Below, one piece after another: positions 52,250 through 64,000 of a stretch of 64,000 bases of DNA. The translations under genes were made by a program, and so were the position numbers. Location: positions 11,780,001 to 11,844,000 of the forward strand of contig OZ365111.1 of NCBI GenBank assembly GCA_977030845.1, written 5' to 3'. Each line of letters begins with the position of its first letter. The first letter of the stretch is position 1. Origin of the DNA: Fimbriosthenelais zetlandica (Eukaryota). The notes under the pieces were generated by a model that was not told the origin of the DNA, did no database searches, and worked only from the letters and a program-made list of their open reading frames with translations.

Positions 52250-52700
52250 ACCTTTAACTATATACTGGACATGCAGGCACCATCTTGAAAGCCTGTAAGA
52301 TACTGCAGAACCCTTTTATTGCTGGATTATTGAGAGCTGCAAGATGCTGCAATATGCATGTAAAAGGCCTGTAGCCTGCAAGCTTGCTGGAGTCGTTTTC
52401 GTTATGTGCCCACTCGGTAGTAGGCGCACCAGTCGCCCTTGATTCCCCCATTCACAGGCGCTGGGGTCAGATTGCATTTACCAGCTTGGCAATCCGATAG
52501 ATGCACCGGTGATTGTGTTACACCCAACGAACTGTAGATTGAGATTTGATATCAGTTTAGTCAGCGTTTTGTAGGCAATGGACGTGGAGAAACAACCTGA
52601 AGCTATATGTGCTAGAGAGTGGGAGAGTCTTTACTGCACATCCTTGCTACAAGGGGGGCGGGAACCGGGCGGCAATCCGGATACCGAACAGGATTTGCCA
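52250..52700 (-). mobile_element. Decayed non-LTR RT N-terminal fragment, R4/Dong-like
   Basis: PPGS, LPSW, then DSSKLAGYRPFTCI (p.NYRPITCl signature). Confidence 0.4.
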
Positions 52701-55103
52701 CACGAAGGAAGTTTGACCAATCTAAAGTCCTCCTTCAAATTAAAATCCTCTCGACCTAAGCCCTAGACACTCAACTCATTCCCCAAGTCCCTTTTTATAT
52801 TGATTAGGGGAGGACAAAGGCCACGTGGAATATCCTTTCAAGGGTCCTGACTGCTAGGAGGGGTCCCCGGGGTGCTGGAATTTGACGAGGTTTGTTTGTT
52901 CACACTGTTTCGTGGGTCCACGTGTTTGCCCGACCTGCCTCCCAGTACTCGGGGGACCTGAGGCCCGATACTCCCCATTTCCCCTTTTATTGATGGACCC
53001 AGTGTTCCATTGCTATGCAGCACAGTTGCCCCAATGAGATAGAAAATCCAGTTTGCTAGGGTCAAGATCGAATTGATTTCTATGGTTTTCCAGATCGGCC
53101 CTGGTAGGCTGGCCGTGGGGGAAAAGGCTGACCAATTGCTGACCAAGAACGTGCAGGGGCAATAGTGGTCAGGGCTCGGGTGACCCTGCCATGACGTATC
53201 GTCATTTATAGCACAGCTGATCTGGCACTTAACAAGCCACAATTTAAAGGTGGCTCGCAGCATTTAATAAACTGCCCCAGGATGATTCTGTGAAGGACAA
53301 ACTTTAAGGTTGGCAGATATATACTGTTAGCTCAGGTTAAATGATGAATGGGGATCCCTACTTGGTAATTAACATCAAAGTGATGCTTTGTCTAGATGCA
53401 GTGGCATGAAGGTGAAATCAAATTTACCTTCAATGCAGTCAGAAGGCTCTGGATCAGCCTAGAAGCTCTTATGGCTTACCTTCATATGTTCATTGTATCT
53501 AAAAGTTAGAACAGCATAAAGTATATTTATATTTTAGGGGAAACATATATATTGGTCTTTATCAGTTTGGTCCACTCGGGGATATTCATGATGTCGCAAG
53601 CGGCCATGCACTCTGAGACATTATGCAGGGCCCTTTCCAACATCTAAAATATTGTACGGAAACAAGGGACCGAAAGCTATAGAACATCGGTAATATCGCA
53701 AAATACTTAAAATAATTTGACACATGCACCATAGGCTATACGAAGGTATAAAAACGCTGTAAATATCAATAGACTAAATAATAATTTAGCAAAGTTTAAT
53801 GGTATTGATGATTTTATGGTGAAGAGTATGCTATCAGGGCTTTCAGAGAACATGAATTGAGACTATATGGCTGAGATGGAGATAGTGAATGAGAAGGGAA
53901 GTAGAGAAAGAAGTAGAAAAGAAAGAAGAGCAGAGAAAAGAAAGTGAAGGGGCAGAGGTTGTGGGAAGTCTAGGCTCTAGCTGTAGAAAGCCAGAACTGT
54001 GGTGGTCATTTATATGAATTACTGCCTCCTGGTAGACAGATTTATTGCAACAGTGTCATCATTCCTCTCACATCTACTGCTTTAGCTCAGTAGGGGCGGA
54101 TCTAGGAACTGGGAAGTGGAAAGGGGATATGAGGGAGAGCAATATATGAATGTATTTTTACAGAAAGAAAAGCTTTTACAACGGCAAGCCAACACCTGCC
54201 GTGCATGGGATATGATGCTGGTGGTACATTTTTCCCCAGAGGTATTATAAAAAGAGCTCGGGACCTTTTTCAGTCGTTTAGTCATTATTTAAATTAGTTT
54301 TGCTATAGAAATTCTCTTTTCAGACACGCGTGATCCATATGGTATATATATGCCATTCTTTGTCACAAAATCTCTATTGTATCTATTTTTGACAGATATT
54401 GGTATATTTTAGCCTTGAGAGACCTGGCTTATTTACCCCTATACAGTTTATGCAATTTCCTCATCAATCTGTGGGCTTTGTAGCCCCAACCTATAATTTA
54501 AAGAAAAGCATTTGAATTTGAAACAACATATTTACTGACGCAGTACTGACACACTACTTTCTATCACTAAATTTGACATGCGGGATTACTTTTTTAAGAT
54601 TAATGGTAAGAATGTAAGGAACATATTATATATATATAGCTCTCACTGGAAATAGGAAGAAATCTGAACCCAAGTGGTTGCCATTATTCAATATTTATGT
54701 CTCTATGCCGTTTACTGCATCATCTATCATTAGAGGCGTGGGGAGGGCCTCTTTGTGGGGTGTATGTAATGGAGTTTGATGGCTTGCCAGTTTGAATAAT
54801 TCACTAAGCTTTCAAGTTAGGTCTTTGTCGATAGAATTAGCCTATATCTCTTAGCACCATTGTGTTTACATGAGTTCCTGGCATATGTATATAACAGTAC
54901 AAGTGATGAAAATGTCACTTGTGACCTTTACATACTATGTACGTGTATAAAGAACTAGTTATGAATAATTTTTCTCCTAGCCTACATATCAGAATGTAGT
55001 GAAGCTTATAGCCCAGCATATAAAAAATGCAATTGATCATCTATTCTGAAGCACTAGTCTGAAAGAATCCATTGTTAATAGACATGCCATATTTTTCTTA
55101 TAG

Positions 55104-55173
55104 ATGTCACCATTTTGGATTATGACATGGAGAAAGAAAACATGATGACTCCTGCCTGTCTGAAAAACAAACC
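55104..55173 (+). CDS. Candidate orphan internal exon (70 nt) of an unidentified gene
   Basis: Acceptor atttttcttatag and donor CC|gtaagt. Only one frame is open: (D)VTILDYDMEKENMMTPACLKNK(P). Flanks are AT-rich with no TE motifs. No product recognised. Confidence 0.4.
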
Positions 55174-55719
55174 GTAAGTATATGAAAATCTCTGATATTT
55201 AATTTTTAATAATTTAATATTTGTCCCTAATAGTGGGTTAGTATCTGTATGGAATGGGCGGGGATCTATAGTGTATATTATAACATAAAAATGACTGATT
55301 GCGCAGTGACTCTTATCTCCTCCACCTTGATATATGGGACATCACCACGCCACCTTCCTAATGCAAAAAGCAATTCAATATCGGGCACCATCAGTCAAGT
55401 TACTTATTCAAGCTGTAGATTTCTGACACACAACTAACATATGATTGAGGACAAAAGATCCATAATTTATGTCCTTTTGACATCGTATGAGCATGTATTG
55501 AAGATGCGATGTGGCTCAGATGAATTTCAGATCTGTGCTTGCAGGTATATGATATAGGGCCTATACATTGCTCAATACTTGACGGTGCAATGAATGAACC
55601 CGTATAAAAAAAAATCACTAAATATTCTTTTAATTGTATCAAGAAAGAGTCATTTTATATCATGCAAGAAAAAGGTAGTTGTGTGTCGAATGAGAGCGTA
55701 CAATATGTATACACTGTCA

Positions 55720-56100
55720 GCATCTTTACCTATCCAAAGGGTAAAACACCAGATGTTGAGGTCCAAGTAACCACTAATCGCCCCTCCCTCACCCTTTCAT
55801 GCCTGAGACCCCCAATAAGAGGCAGTGACCTGTGCTGGACACTTCTTAAAGGCAGCTGTACAATAGATCTTCCCCAGAGGTCATTGTTGGAGACATGAAA
55901 GAGCCAGCCACTATGGACACTTGGTTACGCCAAGACCGAAAGCAGTGATGCAATTCACATCAACCAAGAAAAAAAGGTGTGACCACGCATTCCAATTGAC
56001 CAGACGGACTGACCATCACCTGTTATCTAAGCTGGACAGGTTTGAAAGACTGACCATTGCTGACCCTTGGTTACCGTTGTCCTGGCGTCTTCCATTGTTG
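55720..56100 (+). mobile_element. Decayed CR1/L2-type RT fragment
   Basis: TYPKGK...TNRPSLTLS (pK...nyRPiSLts) and HAF...TDHHLLSKLDRF (KAFD.vdH..LL.KL). Confidence 0.55.
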
Positions 56101-56759
56101 TTAGTGGCAATAGCTGTTGTCGGAGTTCTTTAATGCATGGTGTTAAGTGTTTTTGTTGCAATGAGCTGTGGTGGGTGAGGATTGCTTCGATGGTATGGTA
56201 CATAAAACTCGCATTTAGGAGAGGGGGCTTTCTTGGTTAGGAGAGAGGAGGACTCGTTTTTTTACCTCTCCAACAGTCTATTCTTCCAATTAAAGTGTTA
56301 TTTTTAGTGTGTTAACATTCTTTGAAATCCTTCTGGTTTACATTTTGGTTCCTCCGAGACTACTTCCTTTAAATGGGATTAATGAAAGTTGTCCCCCAAA
56401 AATATTTTAACTGAAGGAATTAGAATTAATTTCGGTAAAAAAGTTCATATTCATTCAACTGGCAGTGTGATAGTTCCAGTTTGAATAAAAATGTTTTAGA
56501 AATTATTTTTCTGATTGCAGAGGGACATTTAATCAACTTTGCTTAAAAATATAGGGCATGGCAACATGTTTCCTTTATTCTCTACTGATAAGATTTACCA
56601 TGATGATATGGTAGAATAACTATCAGGCCTAGAAGCAGCAAGTGTCATTGTCATGCATCTTTGATGGATGAGCAAGAAAAGGGGCTGTTTCTAGAAAAAT
56701 CCGCCAAATATTCCTATAAACGCACCTCTAACCAATTGTCTGATTACCTTTATGAAACA

Positions 56760-57420
56760 ATCCCCAGCTCCTGTACATGTGGGGAGCCGGTGCCATTGTG
56801 AGAAGGATTATGGAAATTAGCTTTCTTTCCCTGTCCAGCGCGAAAAATTGATTACTCGAATGATCCTCGGGCACCCGCGGCTGTTTTCCTTAACGCCGGA
56901 CAAAAGAACTGGGAATGGAATTATGCCGACCTGACGTTAATTGAATGCTCAAAAAGATGAAATCATCCGATCTCACCCTGCACAAGATTAGAGCGAGAGG
57001 CCCATTAATCGCACGCACGGGTATCTAGAGCTTCAAGGGCCGCTTCTGTATAGTGGAGAGAAAGTGAGTGTACAGGGAAAGACATGCACCTATTGTCCTC
57101 CTTTCATTTTCCAGCTTTTCCATCAAGAATGCCTTCATAGTAATTTGCAGTGAGAAACAGTTATCTCTCATTTCACTCCAAAATGGCCTATTAATTTCCT
57201 TTCACCTGATGGAGGCCATTTCATGACCAAATAACACTACATTAGCCTATGTGTACATAGCACATCATATCCTACTGACAGAGGCGCCAATGGAATCTCC
57301 TGGCACATGCACTGCTTCTCCGCCTTAATTATATTTATTTGTTTCCCCCTGGCACCTATTTGTTGTTCCGCCATTTAGCTTCTTGGTATTTGAGTCATCT
57401 CTTTTTCATCCCCGGTTCAT
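56760..57420. promoter_or_regulatory. CpG-rich TE-free island, candidate conserved non-coding element
   Basis: About 16 CpG in 56839-57063; GGATTA 56805, AATTGATTA 56847, CATTAAT 57003. Confidence 0.3.
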
Positions 57421-59129
57421 TTTGTTTCATTAAAGTGATTTTTCCCTGAAGCTCGTGGTCTTAAAACTTCATTTTGCCCCTTCTTCCCGTTCAGAATCTA
57501 AGTAATAGGCGTGTTTGCAATATTTTAATTATGTCCTTTGTATGACTTCTAGTTTGTAACTGTATTTAAATGAAAAATGGAATGGGCCACCTTGCACAGT
57601 TGGGGCCACTTGGAAAGCCCTTGGATGCATTATGCATAGGGAGTATCCGGCAACTAAATTAGATGTACTGTGGGAGTATATTCACCTGTAATGTCTAGAG
57701 AAAGTGAATGAATGGGTTTGGGGTCTTAGCTTACAGGCTGTATGCAGTTGCCAAGCTACTGAATGGCTCTTTTGGGAGCTGTCCATCTTAATAGTTTTTA
57801 AATCCAGCAACAGGGGGCCCTTCTTGAGGCGATTTAGTCATTTTCCCAAGAGAATACACAAAGAAATGCAGTCTGAAGTCTGTACGTACCCTGCTGCATG
57901 TACATGTCAAATGTGGCAAATCGAATCAAGCATGGCCGAGGGAAAATATGGCTTGAAAACCCTGATTTTTCCACTCATTGTATTCAAGTTCAACAGGAGT
58001 GTTAGACTGTGAAACGCTGGGGACTATAACCAATGTGACTTGATGCACACGAAATGAACTGAATGTACTGGAAACATTAACATTGAATAGGCCATAGAAA
58101 TTGCTATTGAAAGTAGCTTGACAGTGAGTTTGAAAACATCTCATTCAGCGGGACATTATGAAGCGCGCTTGCAGAAAAGTGTATTCGATCGAGGACTTTG
58201 TAATATCTTTTTCAGCCCCATGCCTCCAGGCTACAGTCCTGTATAATGTATAATAGCATCTTGATAGGCCTCCGGGTGCAAGTATGTATAAAGAGTAATG
58301 CTGTACATTAATTTCTATACACCATTAATGACCATTCTACCGTTATCATTGTACCAATCGTCCTTAAATTGAGAGAGCTCGTTTTTTTTCCAAAAAAGGC
58401 CGAATCATTGGGGTTGAATTATATATGATGCACCATTATGATTGGGCCCATTTCAAAAGGAAAATTAACAATGCTATGTCTATGGTTAATTTTCGTTTCA
58501 AAACTAAGTCTTTATTTACCATAGGCAATTTCTACCGCGCAATGCTGCTACAAAAGAGTTTATAAATATATAATTTACTCTATCGAAATAATATAAAAGC
58601 TTTGTGGTCCTATGCGAGAACTTTCCATAATGTGCAGGCCTCTTTCCATACAAAGCTGTTTTGCATAAAGAAATCTACCCTAGGAGCTGGGAGTCCTTTA
58701 CCCACACTAATCTAATGCTGCTAGCAATGCTAATTTACATCTGCTCAAGCCGCACTATGTAGCAATACCTGTTTCCTAATTGATGAGGCTATTCAAGGAG
58801 GAACTAATAATTAGATCGCTTTCGGCAGAGGCAGCTGAAAGGATATTGGCGTATTATACTTAGGCTGAAAAACTTTGGGTTATGGTCGCCATTCTTTTTG
58901 AAATACCAGCTGCCGAGTCATAGCTTTTAATCCAATGGGTTTGCTGGGAAAAGTTGAAGTCTACTTAGTTTACTTTTTAAATCAATATGCATATTAGAAT
59001 AGGGACTTCATAATAAATAGTCTCTGTATAATTATCTTCCTCTTGGTTATCTCTATACCAGTGATACCAGTTTATCCATATAGGGGTATGTTACAGTATG
59101 TTACAGTACTCAGGTAACAGGTAGACTTT

Positions 59130-59560
59130 TCTTCAGCATAGAATATGATGCAGTTCATTATTGTTAATGCAGCATTCTCTGTTGTTGAGACAGACCCTTT
59201 GTGAGGAACTTCACTCGCTTCTTGAACGATGTATAGCACTATACTTGATAGGCCTTCCCCACATTAATGAGTGTGATATGTGGGATTTGTTCCCCTATAA
59301 AACGAGATATATGTTGATGAACGTTGCACCCAGCCCTCGTTGACAAGAAGAAAAGTGATGATAAAAAACATCACTTCCATTTTTGCGTGCCTCCATACAT
59401 CCATTACCACCAAGCTTGGAAGCCATCAGAGGAAAAAGATCCTTTGAAGTGAACAAGCAACAGATGGCAGCCCCGAGTGAATTACCTAACGCTAAATACC
59501 ATGTAATCCATTATCCCTCCACAATAGCCCATCCCAGCTCCCCACAAGCTGGCCTTAAGA
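59130..59560 (-). mobile_element. Decayed DIRS-type RNase H
   Basis: ctgatggcttccaagcttggtgg approximates TDASKLGWG (~59405-59430); LINVG (yIN.qG) and HIL downstream. Confidence 0.45.
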
Positions 59561-60289
59561 ATCCCAGCATGGAGTAAGACGGGGTAATAGATCTTACACA
59601 GGTAGAAAGGTGGCTTATACATGATGAGGAAGCCCTCTTGTTGAGCTCTCATAGGATCCTGGCAGTGATATAAAACATAATTACAAGTATCTCTTTTCCT
59701 TGGTAACCTTCAGGTCATCTTGGTGCTTGATCTTTTTCATTGCCTCTGAAGATTAGTACAAGAATGGGGGAAGAGTTATTTCTTCCATGCAGTCTAAATT
59801 TGTTCAGTAATCCCCATTGTTCCCTCTAGACCTGGGGCCTGTTTCATTAAAAAAAAAGTTGTACTGTTTTATTGAATGTTAAGCTATTGTGGCTCAGATT
59901 TGTACTGAAACAGGCCACTGTTTAATCACTGACAATTTGTGGGCAGGCCTAGGCATAGAAAAACCCTTAAAACAGTTGTGTATCCTGGGAAGGATCAATG
60001 TGAAATGTGGGAAATCTGCCACGATCCTGGCCAGTATCGAGGGCCCGAGCAAACCCAGTATAGTGCCTCACCAAGGAAACCATAGATGGATTGGATGAAT
60101 TTAATCAACTTTTGATATTATTCATTGCAAAAGCAATCTAAATGTTTATCGGGGATGTCAAGACTGATGGGAGCTTTTGTCTTTTTTCTGCCTTCTTTTC
60201 CCTGTTGCGTTGGTAGTCACACAAACATTGCTGTTTTGTGATGCAATTAATGGGATAATTTTTATCTATGACAAACGCCCATCAATCAG

Positions 60290-60860
60290 GCGATCCTGGG
60301 TCCATGTTGAGCGTTCTGAATAGCACACAAAGGTTTGATTCCATGGGAAAACTCCGACGCATGCGCTTGTGGATCCTCTTTTTGCCTCCGTCTTTCCTCA
60401 TTTCCGATCGCGAGCGCAAAGATGAATTGGCCTCCAGTCATGGGAGGCATGCCCGTCAAACTTTTTCAAGGGGGTTGATTTGAGCATCTACTCTGAGGCA
60501 AGTCCAATATCCCACACGCGCCCCACCAACCCATTCTAATTCAAAACATCGTCCAACTTGAGTTGATGGGACTAGCAGATGTAAGGAAAAAAGGGCTTTG
60601 TCAGTGAGGCTTCTTTTGATTTATCATGAATCGGAGGTAGACACATGGAGATCTAAATGAAGGTGATTAGTTTTCCTAATGAAGGCCCGTCTCTGGCATT
60701 TCCTTCAGATATTTCATCATCCCAACCATTGCGGTTGCCAAGTTACAGGTTGGAAATTCATGGTTTTCAGTCTAAAGACCGCAGAGCTATTTGCATATGG
60801 AAATGCTATTTACATTTCGGCCAAATAGGAGTTACTGCAGGGGATACTGAATATTGACAT
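60290..60860 (+). mobile_element. Decayed CR1/L2-type RT core and thumb
   Basis: QRFDSM (KAFDsv), FLISDRER, FQGVDLS (PQGsvLs), LAD, KVISF, YRLEI. Confidence 0.5.
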
Positions 60861-61175
60861 AAGGAAAAAAATGTCTGTTGAGAACACTTCTAACACTATG
60901 AATTGTTCCAATATATTTAGGATATCAAATGGTAATGTTTAGAGGAGACTATACATCCAATCTAAGTTGAATCTTCAAGACCCCAGCTGCATGGTGCTCC
61001 TGACAAATTGCAAAGGAAATGAGTTACTACTGACCTATAATCATTCATAAAAAGAAAGTAGTACACTTTCACAACTTAGTGAGATATAAAGATGGATGGT
61101 GACAAAAGCCCTTCACAAATGTGAAAACCTTTCATCGGGCTTTCATCTCTTCTTCTCAGTCAAGAGTCTGAAAGA

Positions 61176-61224
61176 GGAGAAAGGCTGAATTTACTATCAA
61201 GGAGAAAGGCTGAATTTACGATCA
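61176..61224. repeat. 25-bp tandem duplication
   Basis: GGAGAAAGGCTGAATTTACTATCAA followed by GGAGAAAGGCTGAATTTACGATCA. Confidence 0.9.
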
Positions 61225-62749
61225 TCCCTATAGCTATAAATATTGATCAAGTAATAATATTATTAAGTGGATAAATAGGTTGAAGGTATATTGCACTCTC
61301 TGCCAAAGTGGAATGATTGTTGTAACCTTATCCATTGTTACGCCTCCAATGCTTTAATGTGTGTAAAGTGGTTAGGCAGTGGTTACCGATTAACTGATCT
61401 CCCTCTATTCAAATGTCGAGGCCTGTGTATTGATCGATAGGTGTAAGAGATGTCCCAATCCAATGACCCTTCTTCAAGAGGCTCTCATCATAGGCGGGAA
61501 GATTTAACGTTGCACCATCCAATACTGATCCCTTATGCAAGAGCCATATTGGGATGCCAGTGCTTAGTCCACATCAGTGACTCCGGAATACATGATGTCT
61601 CTTGAGACGGGGCAATGACCGAGGGGTTAACGCTGGAAATCTCTACCACCATATTAGATAATACTGAGTTAATCCTCAGCAATTGATGCATCATCCTTGT
61701 AGTTTACTCTATGTAGTGAGGTAACTAGTTTTACTCGATTGCTTTAATAGCTAGCTCCGCCCCAATGTAATATGTCTCAACTATAATACCCTTTCTCATT
61801 CTGACTCAGATGAACTGGAGTCTGTTTCATAACAAAAGCCCATACCATAGAATCCTGTGCTTTACTTATATTATATTGAACGGAAACTCAAATGCAAATA
61901 CATTGTATTTGTAAGGTATTAGGGTGTTGCATAATCCCTCGAACCTGTTTTTCGAGAGAACAACTTGCTGAATCTTGCGACCACAATGCATTTGAAGTAC
62001 ATTTTCGCCCAATTCTGCAACGGTTCACATGAAAATCAGAATTTGCGAGAGCTTGCGAGATGAGGCATCTACCTTCTAGGACTTTTGCTACTTTGATGTT
62101 GTTGTTTTTTTCTTTTTTCAATAAGAAAGCATATGCAATAACCGAAACCGTCGGCCGAGGCAGACAGCCTTATACACTATTGTATACATATGGCAATGAC
62201 CTGCATTGCCCTTTGTCGCATAATATTTTTCTGGATCTGGCCATATAATCTTCCTGTCTTCCCCTTCTTGCATACAAATTCATTTGCCTCCTGCTAATGA
62301 TGGCTCGATGATTAATTCCGTGTTATGAATTGATATGCAGTCGGTGATCTCTCCCGCGCAAATTACAATCACATATTTGACACAGATCCATTATCAGCCT
62401 GTATGGAATAAGTGCTCCTCCTACCAAAGCCGTGATAGGATTGCCTCTCTGTTTTGTCACCATCTGACGTTGACTCATTATCCTCATCATTTGAAAATCA
62501 TTGATAATGCATGACAACAATCATCTCCGACACCAGTGCCAGATATTCACCTGCATGTCTCTGCCTCTTCAGGGCTCGCGCCCAGGGAATAACCAAATCC
62601 CGGCCCAATCGTCCCATGGTCGAGATGAGCCCACTCTTGTTCGCGCGATTATACCGATTGGGAATAGTTATTCTCGAATTTGAATTCGACAGATGTAGGT
62701 CAGGAAGGCCTGCCTCTCTGGTTCTCAATATTTCAAGTGACAGAGAAAG

Positions 62750-64000
62750 GGAGTGCATTCCACGAGGGAAAAGCGAAACTAAAACCCCTTGCCAGAGAAT
62801 GTTATGGAGGCTTTTAAATTTTGGGAACCTGTTTCGGGAGCTACGGTGGCCCATAGATTAAAATTTAACATTGGCAAATATAATAGGGTACAATTCTGTT
62901 ATGGCACAGCCCCCTTTTCATGCAAAGTTGTATACGTGTATTCGGCATAAAGCTTTTAAAAAATTAGATGGCAATACCAGAAGCTTTAAATTGACATGCA
63001 TCTCACATATAATATGGATAGCCGAGCTTTTTTTCGGGAGAGGGGGCACTTGGGGAGCTCCTGTGATACATTGGTGCCAAGCAACATGCACATAATAGCA
63101 ATAAATGCCAATATGGGCTTTCCTACCACCGTGCTCATTGTGACAAGCAGATAGCAAATAAAATGCTATACTGCCTTGTGACAATGGACTCATGAAATTT
63201 GCATCACTCCCTTATTGTGCCGGTACCCCAATTAATAGATCATTTTGTTGCACTTCATATTAATCATCATTACACTGCAGTTAGCAAACACAGGCCAACA
63301 AAACCCCTGATGGTGGCTAGGTTGGGATGTGAGCGTGGCAAAAGGCAATAAGTAGGAACTTGAAAGCCGTGTGGGTTGTTAGGCAAAAATTGGAGGACTG
63401 TATCAAAGCGGTGGATTCAACAACTGATATGATGCACGAAGGTGTTGGACAGTAGGTGGAGGCTATCCGGCAGGTGTGACAACTACGCACAGCTAATCTG
63501 ACATCGCAGATATTATCCCATCTAAAGTTTAGGTTGCTGGGGCGCACCAAATGGTATAATGGTTTGGGTACATGCAAAGCGGGTGATATGTGGGGGTCCT
63601 ATAAGCGTCATCCTTTGTCTGGGCTACAATCCCTTCTATGCACAAAGCCATGCACAGTGTGTTGCGAACAGGAAGGCCTGTGGCTTGTTGCATAACACCT
63701 CCAATTTCTATGCGCAGACTAAGTATTGTGCGGATGTTTATCTAATTGTGAGAGTAGTCGCGGACGTTGCTTAATCATTTGACATTGTTCATGATTCAGT
63801 AATGTTCCCAAACTTCCTGGAAAGTCTGGCCTGGGGCTGATGTGGGACAATTACATACATAATCATGGATGTGGGGGAGATGGTCATGAGCAGTTCACAA
63901 CATATAATCAATCCTGAGCAGATGTGAGCAGTTCAGCGATTAGAACGTGCCAAATGCAACCTCTTCTATAATACTTCTCAATGAGATGTGGTGATTAAGC
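62750..64000 (-). mobile_element. Decayed Gypsy/Ty3 pol (RNase H end and integrase), running off the window
   Basis: DHLP; FQE; NVADYLS-like (~63750); in-frame H-X5-H-X30-C-X2-C (HISPALH...FRWDNICDVRLAVRSCHTC); IGVPAQ*GSDANFMS; ACHNEHGG; LWQG (GPY/F region). Confidence 0.7.

Noticed and set aside
62450-62860. L1 C-terminal zinc-knuckle-like reading
   Set aside because: LWQG fits the Gypsy GPY/F position directly after the integrase.
1-64000. Assigning the taxon (e.g. echinoderm from TAGGCCTA motifs)
   Set aside because: Only four copies were seen and two derive from duplicated RT codons. The TE mix also fits amphibians, fishes and other large-genome animals.
1-64000. CRISPR arrays, tRNA/rRNA/snRNA genes, miR-10/miR-196, endogenous viral genes
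   Set aside because: No regularly spaced repeats or recognisable RNA-gene or viral motifs were seen by eye. Infernal/Rfam and TBLASTN would be needed to exclude divergent cases.

Overview
Eukaryotic (animal-like) non-coding DNA, about 40% GC by eye with moderate CpG depletion. There is no intact protein-coding gene, RNA gene, CRISPR array or prokaryotic feature, and none of the short ORFs in the track looks like a real gene. By manual six-frame reading, much of the window is a graveyard of about 30 heavily decayed retroelement relics. These include I/Nimb-type LINEs with RNase H, L1/Tx1, CR1/L2, one R4-like LINE, DIRS (tyrosine-recombinase) elements and Gypsy pol fragments, some of them nested. 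All family calls come from motif order and spacing across frameshifts and stops, not from a database search. Young events are a 109-bp polyA retro-insertion with a perfect 17-bp target-site duplication and a 131-bp TIR MITE. The best non-TE signals are a CpG-rich island packed with Hox/Pbx/TCF/NK2-type motifs (39.0-39.9 kb), one orphan + strand candidate exon (55104-55173) and further TE-poor islands (56.8-58.9 kb). The relics are biased to the minus strand (21 vs 9), which suggests the window lies inside a very large intron of a + strand gene. I found no convincing new biological system; the findings are leads.
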